Positions 46,401 through 54,254 of a stretch of DNA of 64,000 nt are shown here, piece after piece. The stretch's first letter is position 1. The number at the start of each line of letters is the position of its first letter. The stretch covers positions 15,555 through 79,554 of the forward strand of contig JACPID010000007.1 in assembly GCA_016188265.1 (NCBI GenBank), written 5' to 3'. The stretch comes from Candidatus Woesearchaeota archaeon. Its GTDB lineage: Archaea > Nanobdellota > Nanobdellia > Woesearchaeales > ARS49. Both the position numbers and the translations under genes were made by a program. The notes beneath the pieces were generated by a model that searched no databases, was not told the origin of the DNA, and saw only the letters and a program-made list of their open reading frames with translations.

Positions 46401-46660
46401 GAAGAAAAAAGATTTTTAAAAAATAATCTTACCTTTGAAAAGTCAAAGTCTATATTAAATTCATCTTGACTACTTTTTTGTTTATCATCTGAATTTTGTC
46501 TAATATTTGTTGTTTGAACATTATTATTTAGAGCCAATTTATCTTCAGAAAAAAAGTTTTTCACTTTATTCCAGATATGTTTTAAATCTATGCCTAATTC
46601 ATATGATTCCTGCATTAATTTATCATGATCTGAATTTTGTTCTAATTTTTCCAACACCAA
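43433..46660 (-). CDS. aglB: Oligosaccharyltransferase AglB/STT3 with N-terminal extension and C-terminal FKBP-like region
   Basis: PDIDPYTFLRRARN (first-loop acidic motif), SWWDFGHQF (WWDYG), 13-TM-type core, 1075 aa. Confidence 0.85.
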   Translation of the reverse strand: MVLEKLEQNSDHDKLMQESYELGIDLKHIWNKVKNFFSEDKLALNNNVQTTNIRQNSDDKQKSSQDEFNIDFDFSKVRLFFKNLFSSDQAKTNNDEFDIKYVIDFMKKYPSLCILLLLMILQFMPNAGFLPWGGIWMRSLSQDLPLFDNLAKQNIENNLKNQVQLQIEKQYPNLPDDQKKKILSEQFDNVYSQQKQQILAAEKDLSRQLKDQYHYDVNNVAYTYMPDIDPYTFLRRARNYLEHGFPGDVKKDGKDWDNHMLAPLGVQVESTFHHYTLAYIHKVFSIFNPKIPLMQSAAYFPFIFSLLSMIPAFFITRKLAGDIGGVLAASFLILHAAFLNRTLWGHADTDAYNIFFPLYIFWFFFLMIESVDLKKKALFAVLSGFLIGLYSYVWSWWYIFDFILAAFALHFVGLFVFKNSDENPKEHINKLLINAGLIILTTGIFVSIFAGFNAFIRGPIEPLGFTIIKNAAHENLWPNVYTTVAELNALDIRGVFEKFGADILLICLSGAVFLLLKSVKKKEHMIYSLFLVVWFLATAYATTKGIRFLMLVVPPLAILFGSAFGIVFNFCNIYLKKEFKAPLWVSFVGVMIVGLFFLSLLVRSSFAASQSDLPIMNDAWWNILITIKEQSKQDAIITSWWDFGHQFKFVADRAVTFDGASQNTPIAHWIGRVLVTDDEKEAVGILRMLACGSNTAFEELNKKINNTPKTIDILYSILKLKKEDANQVLSKQIDNPDEILQYTHCGPAENFFITSDDMIGKAPVWAHFGLWDFKRAAAWIEAKKLKRDDAIKWAEEQGYSEEEADKLYRDLQSITSEDSANEWISPWPAYDTGSFVNCEIKSDGTYCSNGLRVKSNETFIEFNGAHVVPYSLIYFNNEKNITTKRFINSNIAFSAVLIPTREGYASFYTWPQLANSMFTKLYFMEGHGLKYFKKVVSIKQPIGGEIYLWKVDWDGGDPNVLSALKEKNNIEPDSIIKINYVSWLDNGTIIASTIKEWQSMNISKDISFENIETSPEQITLGSAGALNMVANQLMGMKKNDEKIISITPETLASMNAPPVFGNNTLFFRIKIENIL

Positions 46661-46710
46661 TCCCTCCTTATTGTGAAAATAAAATAATGTTTTATAAGCA
46701 TTTATGCACT

Positions 46711-47802
46711 CTAGAATAGCTTTTTTGCAAAATTTAGAATACTCGGCTTTGCAATAATAAGCTTAAGCATCAGCATTATTGGATGGTCTCTTGTTTCTTT
46801 TTCAATAACATTCTTAATAGAATCCAGCTTAAGAAGTGAAACAGCTTTGTTCCAGTCATCTTCTTTAAACTTATCAATAACATTTCTTATTTGTAAATGA
46901 GTTAAAAGCCCTAATCCTAATTTTTTTTTCCATGAAAAAGAATGAGATTTATTTTTAATTATTGCATCAGCAACATATTTTGATGCAATAAAACTTTGAA
47001 TTATGCTTCCTCCTGTTGTTGCTTTCACCATAGCGGCTGCATCGCCAACTAAATAAGTATGTATGTTATTGAATTTTGTGTAAGTATTTATCAAAGGATC
47101 ATAAACCGGAATCAATGCTCCTTCTTTTGAAATTATTCTTCCATTAAATTTTTTAAGAAAAGAATCAAAAACAGCGCCTTGCCAAGGATAAGACATTGTC
47201 CCTATTTCGACTTTATTTTCTCCATGAGGAACAAGCCATGCAAAACAACCAATATTAGTGTACACTTCTATTGCCCCATCATGTTCATATTCAACAATTG
47301 CTTTTGCGCCAATAAAGTATTTTCTTTGCTTTTCTAAACCAGTTAATTTTGCAACAGTACTTTTTGAACCATCTGCACCTACTAAATGTGTTGCATGTAT
47401 TGTTCTTTTTTCATTCAATGCATTGATTATAACTTTGTTTTTCTGTATTGATTCAAGATTTGCAGGCCTATGAATTTGAACTCCTAGATCAACTGCTTTT
47501 TCATTAAGATATTTGTTTAATAATTCTCTTTCACAAACTATGTCAGGACGTTTAAAATTGATTTCTGCTTGTTCATTATTAGGAGCTATGAACCTAAATC
47601 TTTTTACTTTGCTTACAATTATTTCCTCTGGAATTTTTATTAAATCATCAACTGCATAAGTTAGAATTCCTGAACATGCTTTTTTAAAAGTATCCTGTTT
47701 GTCAACAAGATGTATTTTTGATGAATCATACTGTTCTGCAAGTTTAATAGCTGTTGATGCTCCTGCAACGCCTGCCCCTATAATAACAATTTGTTTATTC
47801 AT
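46711..47802 (-). CDS. Geranylgeranyl reductase family FAD-dependent oxidoreductase
   Basis: VIIGAGVAGASTAIKLAE dinucleotide fold, LVGADGSKS, LVGDAAAMVKATTGGSI. Confidence 0.8.
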   Translation of the reverse strand: MNKQIVIIGAGVAGASTAIKLAEQYDSSKIHLVDKQDTFKKACSGILTYAVDDLIKIPEEIIVSKVKRFRFIAPNNEQAEINFKRPDIVCERELLNKYLNEKAVDLGVQIHRPANLESIQKNKVIINALNEKRTIHATHLVGADGSKSTVAKLTGLEKQRKYFIGAKAIVEYEHDGAIEVYTNIGCFAWLVPHGENKVEIGTMSYPWQGAVFDSFLKKFNGRIISKEGALIPVYDPLINTYTKFNNIHTYLVGDAAAMVKATTGGSIIQSFIASKYVADAIIKNKSHSFSWKKKLGLGLLTHLQIRNVIDKFKEDDWNKAVSLLKLDSIKNVIEKETRDHPIMLMLKLIIAKPSILNFAKKLF

Positions 47803-47820
47803 AATGTGAAATCAAAGTTT

Positions 47821-47930
47821 TTGATCATGCTCAAAAAACTATGTTTTTTGGCACACAGAAAAATGTTCTACATTTTTCTAGTGTACCAAGATTCAATCTG
47901 AAACACTAGTTGAATCTTAGTGTTTAAAAT
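47821..47930 (-). repeat. Inverted, diverged and shorter member of the 181-bp repeat family (copy C)
   Basis: The rc reads TAAACACTAAGATTCAACTAGTGTTTCAGATTGAATCTTGGTACACTAGAAAAATG-TAGAA-CATTTTTCTGTGTGCCAAAAAAC-ATA-GTTTTTTGAGCATGATCAA. It keeps the same 5' block and hairpin order as copy A, but with different stem sequences. Confidence 0.65.
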
Positions 47931-48069
47931 AATTATTCACGAAAAGTTCTTATATATAGCCAAAGACACAAATATTTATACAAATAGATGTCTTTGGCTA
48001 ATAGCAAATGACACATTTTTGTCTAAATAATAATGTCATTTGCTATAACTTTAATTAACACCTAAAAAT

Positions 48070-48663
48070 ATGAAAGTATATTATGCAACTACAAACAAAG
48101 CAAAAGTAATGTCTTTGGAGCAAGCGCTCACTCCGCACGGTATTGCTGTAATTCATGAAAATATAGCTTTAGATGAACCAAGATCAAATTCTGTATATAC
48201 TATTGTAAGTAATAAAGTGCGCCAAGCATTTGAAAAAATAAAGAAGCCTGTTGTTGCTCTTGATGCAGAGTTTTCTATCAAAGCATTGAATGGTTTTCCA
48301 GGAACTTTTGTAAATCATACTTTAGATACAATTGGAACTAAAGGATTGTTAAAACTAATGCAGTGCAGAAAGCATAGGGATTGTATGTTTATACAAAGCC
48401 TTGCGTATACTGATGAGCTTATGTTTCCTGATCTGATTTGTTTTAATGCATTGATTAAAGGAGTAATGGCAAAAAAAGAATATGGCAATAAAAAACCTTG
48501 GTTGTGGTCGCGATTAGGATTTATCTTCATTCCTGAAGACCATACAAAGACTCTGGCTGAAATGACACAGGAAGAATATTATTATTGGAAGACTAACAGT
48601 CAAAATGAACAGTATTATACTAATGCATTTGCTAATTGGTTTGTGAAGAGGCAAAAACAGTAA
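48070..48663 (+). CDS. Non-canonical purine NTP pyrophosphatase (Ham1/RdgB/ITPase family)
   Basis: MKVYYATTNKAK, VVALDAEFSIKALNGFPGTF, FIFIPEDHTKTLAEMTQEE parallel archaeal Ham1 proteins. Confidence 0.7.
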   Translation: MKVYYATTNKAKVMSLEQALTPHGIAVIHENIALDEPRSNSVYTIVSNKVRQAFEKIKKPVVALDAEFSIKALNGFPGTFVNHTLDTIGTKGLLKLMQCRKHRDCMFIQSLAYTDELMFPDLICFNALIKGVMAKKEYGNKKPWLWSRLGFIFIPEDHTKTLAEMTQEEYYYWKTNSQNEQYYTNAFANWFVKRQKQ

Positions 48664-48792
48664 TAATATTATATTTTTAAAAATCATTCTTTCCAAAAGG
48701 AAATATTGTTACTCTCCAATAACAACAATAACGAAAGATTTATATATTAAATACATAGTTCTAAACCAATTGTTGGAGGGGTAAATAAAAAT

Positions 48793-50847
48793 ATGGCAGA
48801 AAATAATTCAGGAAGTTCTAGTTCACAAAACAAAATTAAAAAATTAACATCAAGATTAATTGCACCTACAATATTAGCATTAACAGGCATAATTGGTAAT
48901 GTAAATTTTGCACATGCAAAAGATGAAGATACAACTAATACAATTACAACTAGTACAAATACTTTAGAAACAAGTCCTGCTACTCCGCAATTAAATGTTG
49001 CAGAATATCAAAGGATGCGTGATAGTGTAATTCTTAATGTTGCAGATCATTTAGACAAAGGCAAATTTCACAGAGCAGTAAGAGATCTAGATCGCGCAAT
49101 AGCGCAAGGATTAGATGAGTTTACAGTTAATGCAGTACTTGATGGACAAGCAGTATCTTTTAATGAACAAACAACTTTTTATGATTTTAAACAAGAACTT
49201 ATTAATAATGCATTAAAAGAAAAAGAATTTGAATATTTTGAGTTAAGAATTGGCAGAGAAAATAGAGAAAACCAAAGAATAACATACTTAGAAGGATTAA
49301 TGCACGAACCTCTTTGTAGATTTAAAAACTTTGTTTCTGAACAAAACTGGGATTTTGCTGAAAGCGCAATACGCGATGCACAAATGGTTTATGGACTTGA
49401 TGATGCTATTGTTCAAAAATGGCACAATTATGTTAGTTCTGAAAAAGAATTTGTTAAAGCTTTGAAAAATTTTGAAAGCACCCACAGTTTGCTTTTAGAT
49501 TGGCACAATCTTCAATCAAGTAATAGCATGAGACGCGCTGCTAATAAATTAGTTGATGTTAAATCATCTTTAAGGCAAACAAAAAAATATTTAGAAAATG
49601 CAAAACAATCACTTGCTCAATCACTTGCTAATTCTTTAACAGTCTTTCAACCAGAAAAAAATAAGCATTTAGAACTTGAAGAACAAGTAAATGTTTTAGC
49701 AAGAGAAATTACAGTTGCAAATTTAAAACAAGAAGTTAGAGATATTTATGAAAGCTGCCCTACAAACTTTTTAGGAGAAAAAAGAGATTTAGAATCTGAA
49801 TATACTGCTTGGAAACAACGTGTTTCTGAATGTGTTGGTGAAGAAAAAGCAGGCGGACTTCTTTTATATTATGGTGAACAAGTAAGAGAAAATGCACAAA
49901 TGCGTGGCATTTATAGTGAATTTATCAAAGTTGAAGAACAATTAGCAAAAGGAAGAGAAAATTCTGCATATTATCATGCTTTGCTAGGGCTTCTTAAAAA
50001 TGAAAGTACAAGAAATATATATAATGGAGTATGTAGTGATATGAATTTAGATGCTGATCCTCTGCTTCATAGCAGAAGAAAATTTAATGCTATACATACT
50101 TTGCTTCAATATGGAAATCCTGAATTAGTAGAACTTCGCAACAGATTAACAGAATTTCATTCAAATAGAAATGCTGATTATGAACAAAGTGTTAGCAAGC
50201 GAAAAAATTTTGAAAATGCTTTGAATAATACTGCAGGAGTTTTGGCAAAGCCATTATATTTTGCAATGCAATCTTCTGTAAACACAGGCAAAGCATTAGT
50301 GCGTGGATTATCTTCTTTATTAGCTGAAAGAGATCCTAAGGAAGAGCTTAATTTTGAAAAAGGATCATTAACACAAGATTTTGCTTCACATTATGGTTTG
50401 CATGCTGGAAAAGCTTTAGAAAAAACATGTGAAGCAGGCAGAAATCTAGTTCAAACAGTTAAAGCTGTTGTTAATGCACCTAGTGCAGTAACAAATGCAG
50501 TCCACTTGCTAGTTAAACCAGTTGAAAAAGTTCCTTATTTAGGCCCTGTTGTAAAAGTTGTTGAAGAAAATACTTTAGGCGGTGAATATTTTGATAATTC
50601 TTGGCTTGGTTTCAAAGGAAACTTAAAAGGGCCTTATGATTCATTCCAATATCAAAAGCAAGAAGAAGGTGCTGTTGCTGCATGGACTGGTTTTGGTATT
50701 CAAATAGGAACATTATGGTGGCTTAGTGAAGAGTTTTATAAATCTGTAACAGGCTCAAAAAGTAACAAACCAGCCCCAGCACAACAAGAAAACCCTCCTA
50801 GAGATTTAGGCGGGCAAAGCGGGGGAACCCATGTTCGTCCTAGATGA
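48793..50847 (+). CDS. Secreted or anchored all-alpha protein of unknown function
   Basis: 684 aa. N-terminal signal/anchor (LIAPTILALTGIIGNVNFAHA), Thr-rich linker, long helical Q/E/R/A-rich body, C-terminal hydrophobic segment (AVAAWTGFGIQIGTLWWL). GGAGGGG SD. Confidence 0.6.
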   Translation: MAENNSGSSSSQNKIKKLTSRLIAPTILALTGIIGNVNFAHAKDEDTTNTITTSTNTLETSPATPQLNVAEYQRMRDSVILNVADHLDKGKFHRAVRDLDRAIAQGLDEFTVNAVLDGQAVSFNEQTTFYDFKQELINNALKEKEFEYFELRIGRENRENQRITYLEGLMHEPLCRFKNFVSEQNWDFAESAIRDAQMVYGLDDAIVQKWHNYVSSEKEFVKALKNFESTHSLLLDWHNLQSSNSMRRAANKLVDVKSSLRQTKKYLENAKQSLAQSLANSLTVFQPEKNKHLELEEQVNVLAREITVANLKQEVRDIYESCPTNFLGEKRDLESEYTAWKQRVSECVGEEKAGGLLLYYGEQVRENAQMRGIYSEFIKVEEQLAKGRENSAYYHALLGLLKNESTRNIYNGVCSDMNLDADPLLHSRRKFNAIHTLLQYGNPELVELRNRLTEFHSNRNADYEQSVSKRKNFENALNNTAGVLAKPLYFAMQSSVNTGKALVRGLSSLLAERDPKEELNFEKGSLTQDFASHYGLHAGKALEKTCEAGRNLVQTVKAVVNAPSAVTNAVHLLVKPVEKVPYLGPVVKVVEENTLGGEYFDNSWLGFKGNLKGPYDSFQYQKQEEGAVAAWTGFGIQIGTLWWLSEEFYKSVTGSKSNKPAPAQQENPPRDLGGQSGGTHVRPR

Positions 50848-50865
50848 TTTGGAGGCATAAAAAAA

Positions 50866-52881
50866 ATGAAAATTTCAAGATTATTAATTGGATTGATTGT
50901 CATGTTAACACTTGTCTTTAATGCAAATGCTCTTGTTGATGTAAATTATAAATTACAACCAACAAATAATGCGCAAGCGCTTGCATTTAATTGTTTAGAC
51001 ACTTCATGTTCACAAGTTGCTCAATTTGGAGGGTCATTTCCCAATGGACAGTTTACTGCAAATGGTGAACTAACTGTTCGTTTCCCAAGCACACTACAAC
51101 AAAATGGATATGCTTTATATTTTGTTGCACAAGGATTTTTGCCTAGCGCATGGCATGCTACATGGAATAGCCAAGGAGATTCTTCAATTTATACTACAAG
51201 TTTTCCAATAACTCTTGAAAAAGCAAGCGTGTGCAGAAGTAAAGTTGATAGTTTAAGAGTTGTTAATGATGTAGCACCAAATGTTCCTCTTCTAATTCAA
51301 ACAAGCACATCTTTAGATGCAAATACAGAAAGCGCATTTGCACTAGATCCATCTAACCCAGTTAAGTATGTTCCACAAGAGCTTGCTGATTATTATAGCG
51401 CAAAAACACGCGTTGTAACACAAGTTGTTGATGTTTCTGGAAATGTTGTTTTTAGTGAAACTAAAGATGTCAATGTACTTGCAGATCAATCAGTTCCAGT
51501 TGAATTTACTTGGACGCCTGTTGATACTGGAAGATATGCTGTTCTTGTAACAACAGAAGTAGTTGATGATCAATGTGAAAGCACTGAAAAACAATCTGCA
51601 TCAAGTTTTGTAACTGTCCAAGAAGAAAGTAAAAATAATTTATGTTATTCTCTTGTTAATGATTTAGAAGCTAACAGTAAAGATGCAGAAGCAGGAGATT
51701 CAGTCAGCGCAACATACAATTTAATTTCAAATCACGGAGATTTATCTGAACTAAGCACATTAACACCAGTTCCAACAAGTGTTCAATGGCAGGTAACCCG
51801 ATATGATGGGACATTATTTGAAGATGCAACAGGCAAAACTTTAGTTGAAGCTCAAGAAGAATTTTCTGCAAACCCTGATGAACTAAATCCTGTTCAGCAT
51901 TCATTTGATTTTACAGTGCCCTCAGATGGAAAATATGCTGTTTCAGTTCAAGCAACGCCTAACAGTGCACTTTGTACAAACGAAGTCCAGCCAGGAATGC
52001 AGTTAGTTTCATTTTTTGTTAAAACTCAAAGTAATGATGCAACAACACATAAAGTAAATTTTGAATTGCGTGATCAAAATGGAAATGCTGTTGAAAATGC
52101 TGAAGTTTTACTTAATAGTGTTAGTGCAACTTCGGACAGTTCTGGAAGAGCAGTATTTAATGAAGTTAAATCAGGAACTTTCTTTTATACAGTTTTGCAT
52201 AACAACTTTGAAACAGTTCAAGGAAGCCTTGTTGTAAACAATCAAGACGTAACTATTGCATTAACACTGTCAGCAAAAATAGTATCGCCTGACTTATTTA
52301 TTACAACATTTTTTGTGCATGATACAGAAAATGGCGTTGGAATTAAAGGTGCAAAAGTGACATTTGGCGGTGTAACTTCATTTTCAGATGAATTTGGCTT
52401 GGTAAGGTTTGCAAGTGAAGAAGGCTGGTATGATTATACAATAACACATTCTAATTATTTAAGCAGAGAAGGATCTGTATTTGTATTAAATGATCAAACA
52501 TATAATTTAGGAATGGAAAGAATTAGTGGTTTTGCGCCAGGACCAAGAATAGTTAAAGAAAAAAGTATGAACATAGGCATTAATTCAATTAGAATGCCAA
52601 CTGCTTTTGAAGTGCGTGCAGGAGATCAGCTTGCAATAACCTTTAGTTTTGAAAATAATGGCAATGAAAACCTTAAAGGTGTAAAAGCAACAGCATTGAT
52701 CCAAGAGCTTGGTGTTAAAGCTAGTGCAGGCCCAGTTGAATTAAGCGAAGGCGAGCATTCAAGAGAACATCTTTTATTAGATATTCCTGAAAATGCACAA
52801 TCTGGAAATTATTGGGTAAGATTCACTGTATCAAAAGATTCTTTAAAACGAGTTGTTTACAGAGAAATAACAGTAAAATAA
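50866..52881 (+). CDS. Secreted beta-rich surface protein (CARDB-like plus carboxypeptidase-regulatory-like domains)
   Basis: Signal peptide MKISRLLIGLIVMLTLVFNANA. Two CarboxypepD_reg-like segments (VNFELRDQNGNAVENAEVLLN..SDSSGRAVF; FFVHDTENGVGIKGAKVTFGG..SDEFGLVRF). C-terminal CARDB-like domain. Confidence 0.6.
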   Translation: MKISRLLIGLIVMLTLVFNANALVDVNYKLQPTNNAQALAFNCLDTSCSQVAQFGGSFPNGQFTANGELTVRFPSTLQQNGYALYFVAQGFLPSAWHATWNSQGDSSIYTTSFPITLEKASVCRSKVDSLRVVNDVAPNVPLLIQTSTSLDANTESAFALDPSNPVKYVPQELADYYSAKTRVVTQVVDVSGNVVFSETKDVNVLADQSVPVEFTWTPVDTGRYAVLVTTEVVDDQCESTEKQSASSFVTVQEESKNNLCYSLVNDLEANSKDAEAGDSVSATYNLISNHGDLSELSTLTPVPTSVQWQVTRYDGTLFEDATGKTLVEAQEEFSANPDELNPVQHSFDFTVPSDGKYAVSVQATPNSALCTNEVQPGMQLVSFFVKTQSNDATTHKVNFELRDQNGNAVENAEVLLNSVSATSDSSGRAVFNEVKSGTFFYTVLHNNFETVQGSLVVNNQDVTIALTLSAKIVSPDLFITTFFVHDTENGVGIKGAKVTFGGVTSFSDEFGLVRFASEEGWYDYTITHSNYLSREGSVFVLNDQTYNLGMERISGFAPGPRIVKEKSMNIGINSIRMPTAFEVRAGDQLAITFSFENNGNENLKGVKATALIQELGVKASAGPVELSEGEHSREHLLLDIPENAQSGNYWVRFTVSKDSLKRVVYREITVK

Positions 52882-52958
52882 ATGACACCACTCAGTAATG
52901 GATACAAAAAGAAAGCTTTATATATGTCTAAATATTTAAATTGCAAATAGAGGTTAAA

Positions 52959-54206
52959 ATGAAGGCAAAAATAATATCATTATTAGTACTTTTTTGTTTG
53001 CTTATTATTAGTGTAAATGCTGTTCCTGTAAATATTGATAATGTTAAAATTAATGATATTAAAGTAAGCGAAGATGCAATAACTTTGCTTAATATTGAAA
53101 GAGGAAGTGAACTTGATGTTGAAGTGCATTTAACAGCAGTTGAAAAATCAGATAATCTTGAACTTCAAGCATTTATTTCAGGATTTGAATATAGTGATGT
53201 TGAGCAAATTGCAGATTTTGCAGGCCCATTTAGTGTAGAACCAAATGTAACCTATGTTAAAAATTTAAAATTAAAACTATCAGATCTTGTTGAAAAAGAC
53301 GATTATAAACTAAGATTAGTTGTTTCTGATAAAGATGGAACTTTATTAATTAAAACATACAAGTTACATGCAGATGTTCCCAGGCACTTGCTGAAAGTAA
53401 AAGACGTTATACTAACTCCAAGAAATGTTAAAGCAGGGCATTCTCTTATTGCGCAAGTTCGTGTTGAAAATAAAGGCGAAAAAGAAGAAACTGATGTAAA
53501 AGTAATTGCCAGTGTTCCTGAACTAGGGCTTGAAGCTGTTGATTATATTGAAAAATTAAAAAACAATGAAGATGAAGATGAAACAGAAGAGCTTTATCTT
53601 AAAATTGATGCTTGTACAAAACCTAAAACATACACCTTGAATGTTGATGTGTATTATGATCAATTGCATAGAAAATTAGCAACAACAAAAGTTCCATTCA
53701 TAGTAACTCCAAGCAGTACATGCAATAATGAAGAATTAGCTGGACTGGCTGGACTTGTAAAATCTCAAGTAATTATTTCATCTGTTTTAGATACTGTTGA
53801 ACAAGGACAAAGCACTATTTTTCCAATTACAGTTGTTAATAAAGAAAATGTTGCAAAAACATTCACCATTACACTACAAGAATCAGAAGGCATAAGTGTT
53901 ACTGTACAACCATCTGTAACTGTGCTTGTTCAACCAAATCAAGCATATACATTTAATGTATTTGTTACAGCAGAAAGCAGTTCAAAACTTGGAAAGCATG
54001 CACTTACAGCAGATCTGAGATCAGGATCAGATTTAATAATCGCACAGCAAACATTAACATTAAATGTAAAAGAAAGCTCATCAGCAGCAACTAAAAGCAT
54101 TTTAGAAATAGGGTTGCTAGTGCTCATTATTGTACTTATAATTCTTGGATTTGTAATAGGTGTAACAAGAGTACAACGTGATGATAAAAAGAAAGAATAT
54201 TACTAA
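52959..54206 (+). CDS. Surface (S-layer-like) protein with CARDB-like domains and C-terminal TM anchor
   Basis: Signal peptide, repeated Ig-like/CARDB-like segments (VKAGHSLIAQVRVENKGEKEETDVKV), C-terminal TM plus KKKEYY tail. ATG at 52959 with a GAGGT SD preferred over the track TTG at 52941. Confidence 0.6.
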   Translation: MKAKIISLLVLFCLLIISVNAVPVNIDNVKINDIKVSEDAITLLNIERGSELDVEVHLTAVEKSDNLELQAFISGFEYSDVEQIADFAGPFSVEPNVTYVKNLKLKLSDLVEKDDYKLRLVVSDKDGTLLIKTYKLHADVPRHLLKVKDVILTPRNVKAGHSLIAQVRVENKGEKEETDVKVIASVPELGLEAVDYIEKLKNNEDEDETEELYLKIDACTKPKTYTLNVDVYYDQLHRKLATTKVPFIVTPSSTCNNEELAGLAGLVKSQVIISSVLDTVEQGQSTIFPITVVNKENVAKTFTITLQESEGISVTVQPSVTVLVQPNQAYTFNVFVTAESSSKLGKHALTADLRSGSDLIIAQQTLTLNVKESSSAATKSILEIGLLVLIIVLIILGFVIGVTRVQRDDKKKEYY

Positions 54207-54254
54207 AAAATTATTCTTTCAAAAAAATCACATAATTTAATTAAGGGGAATGGC

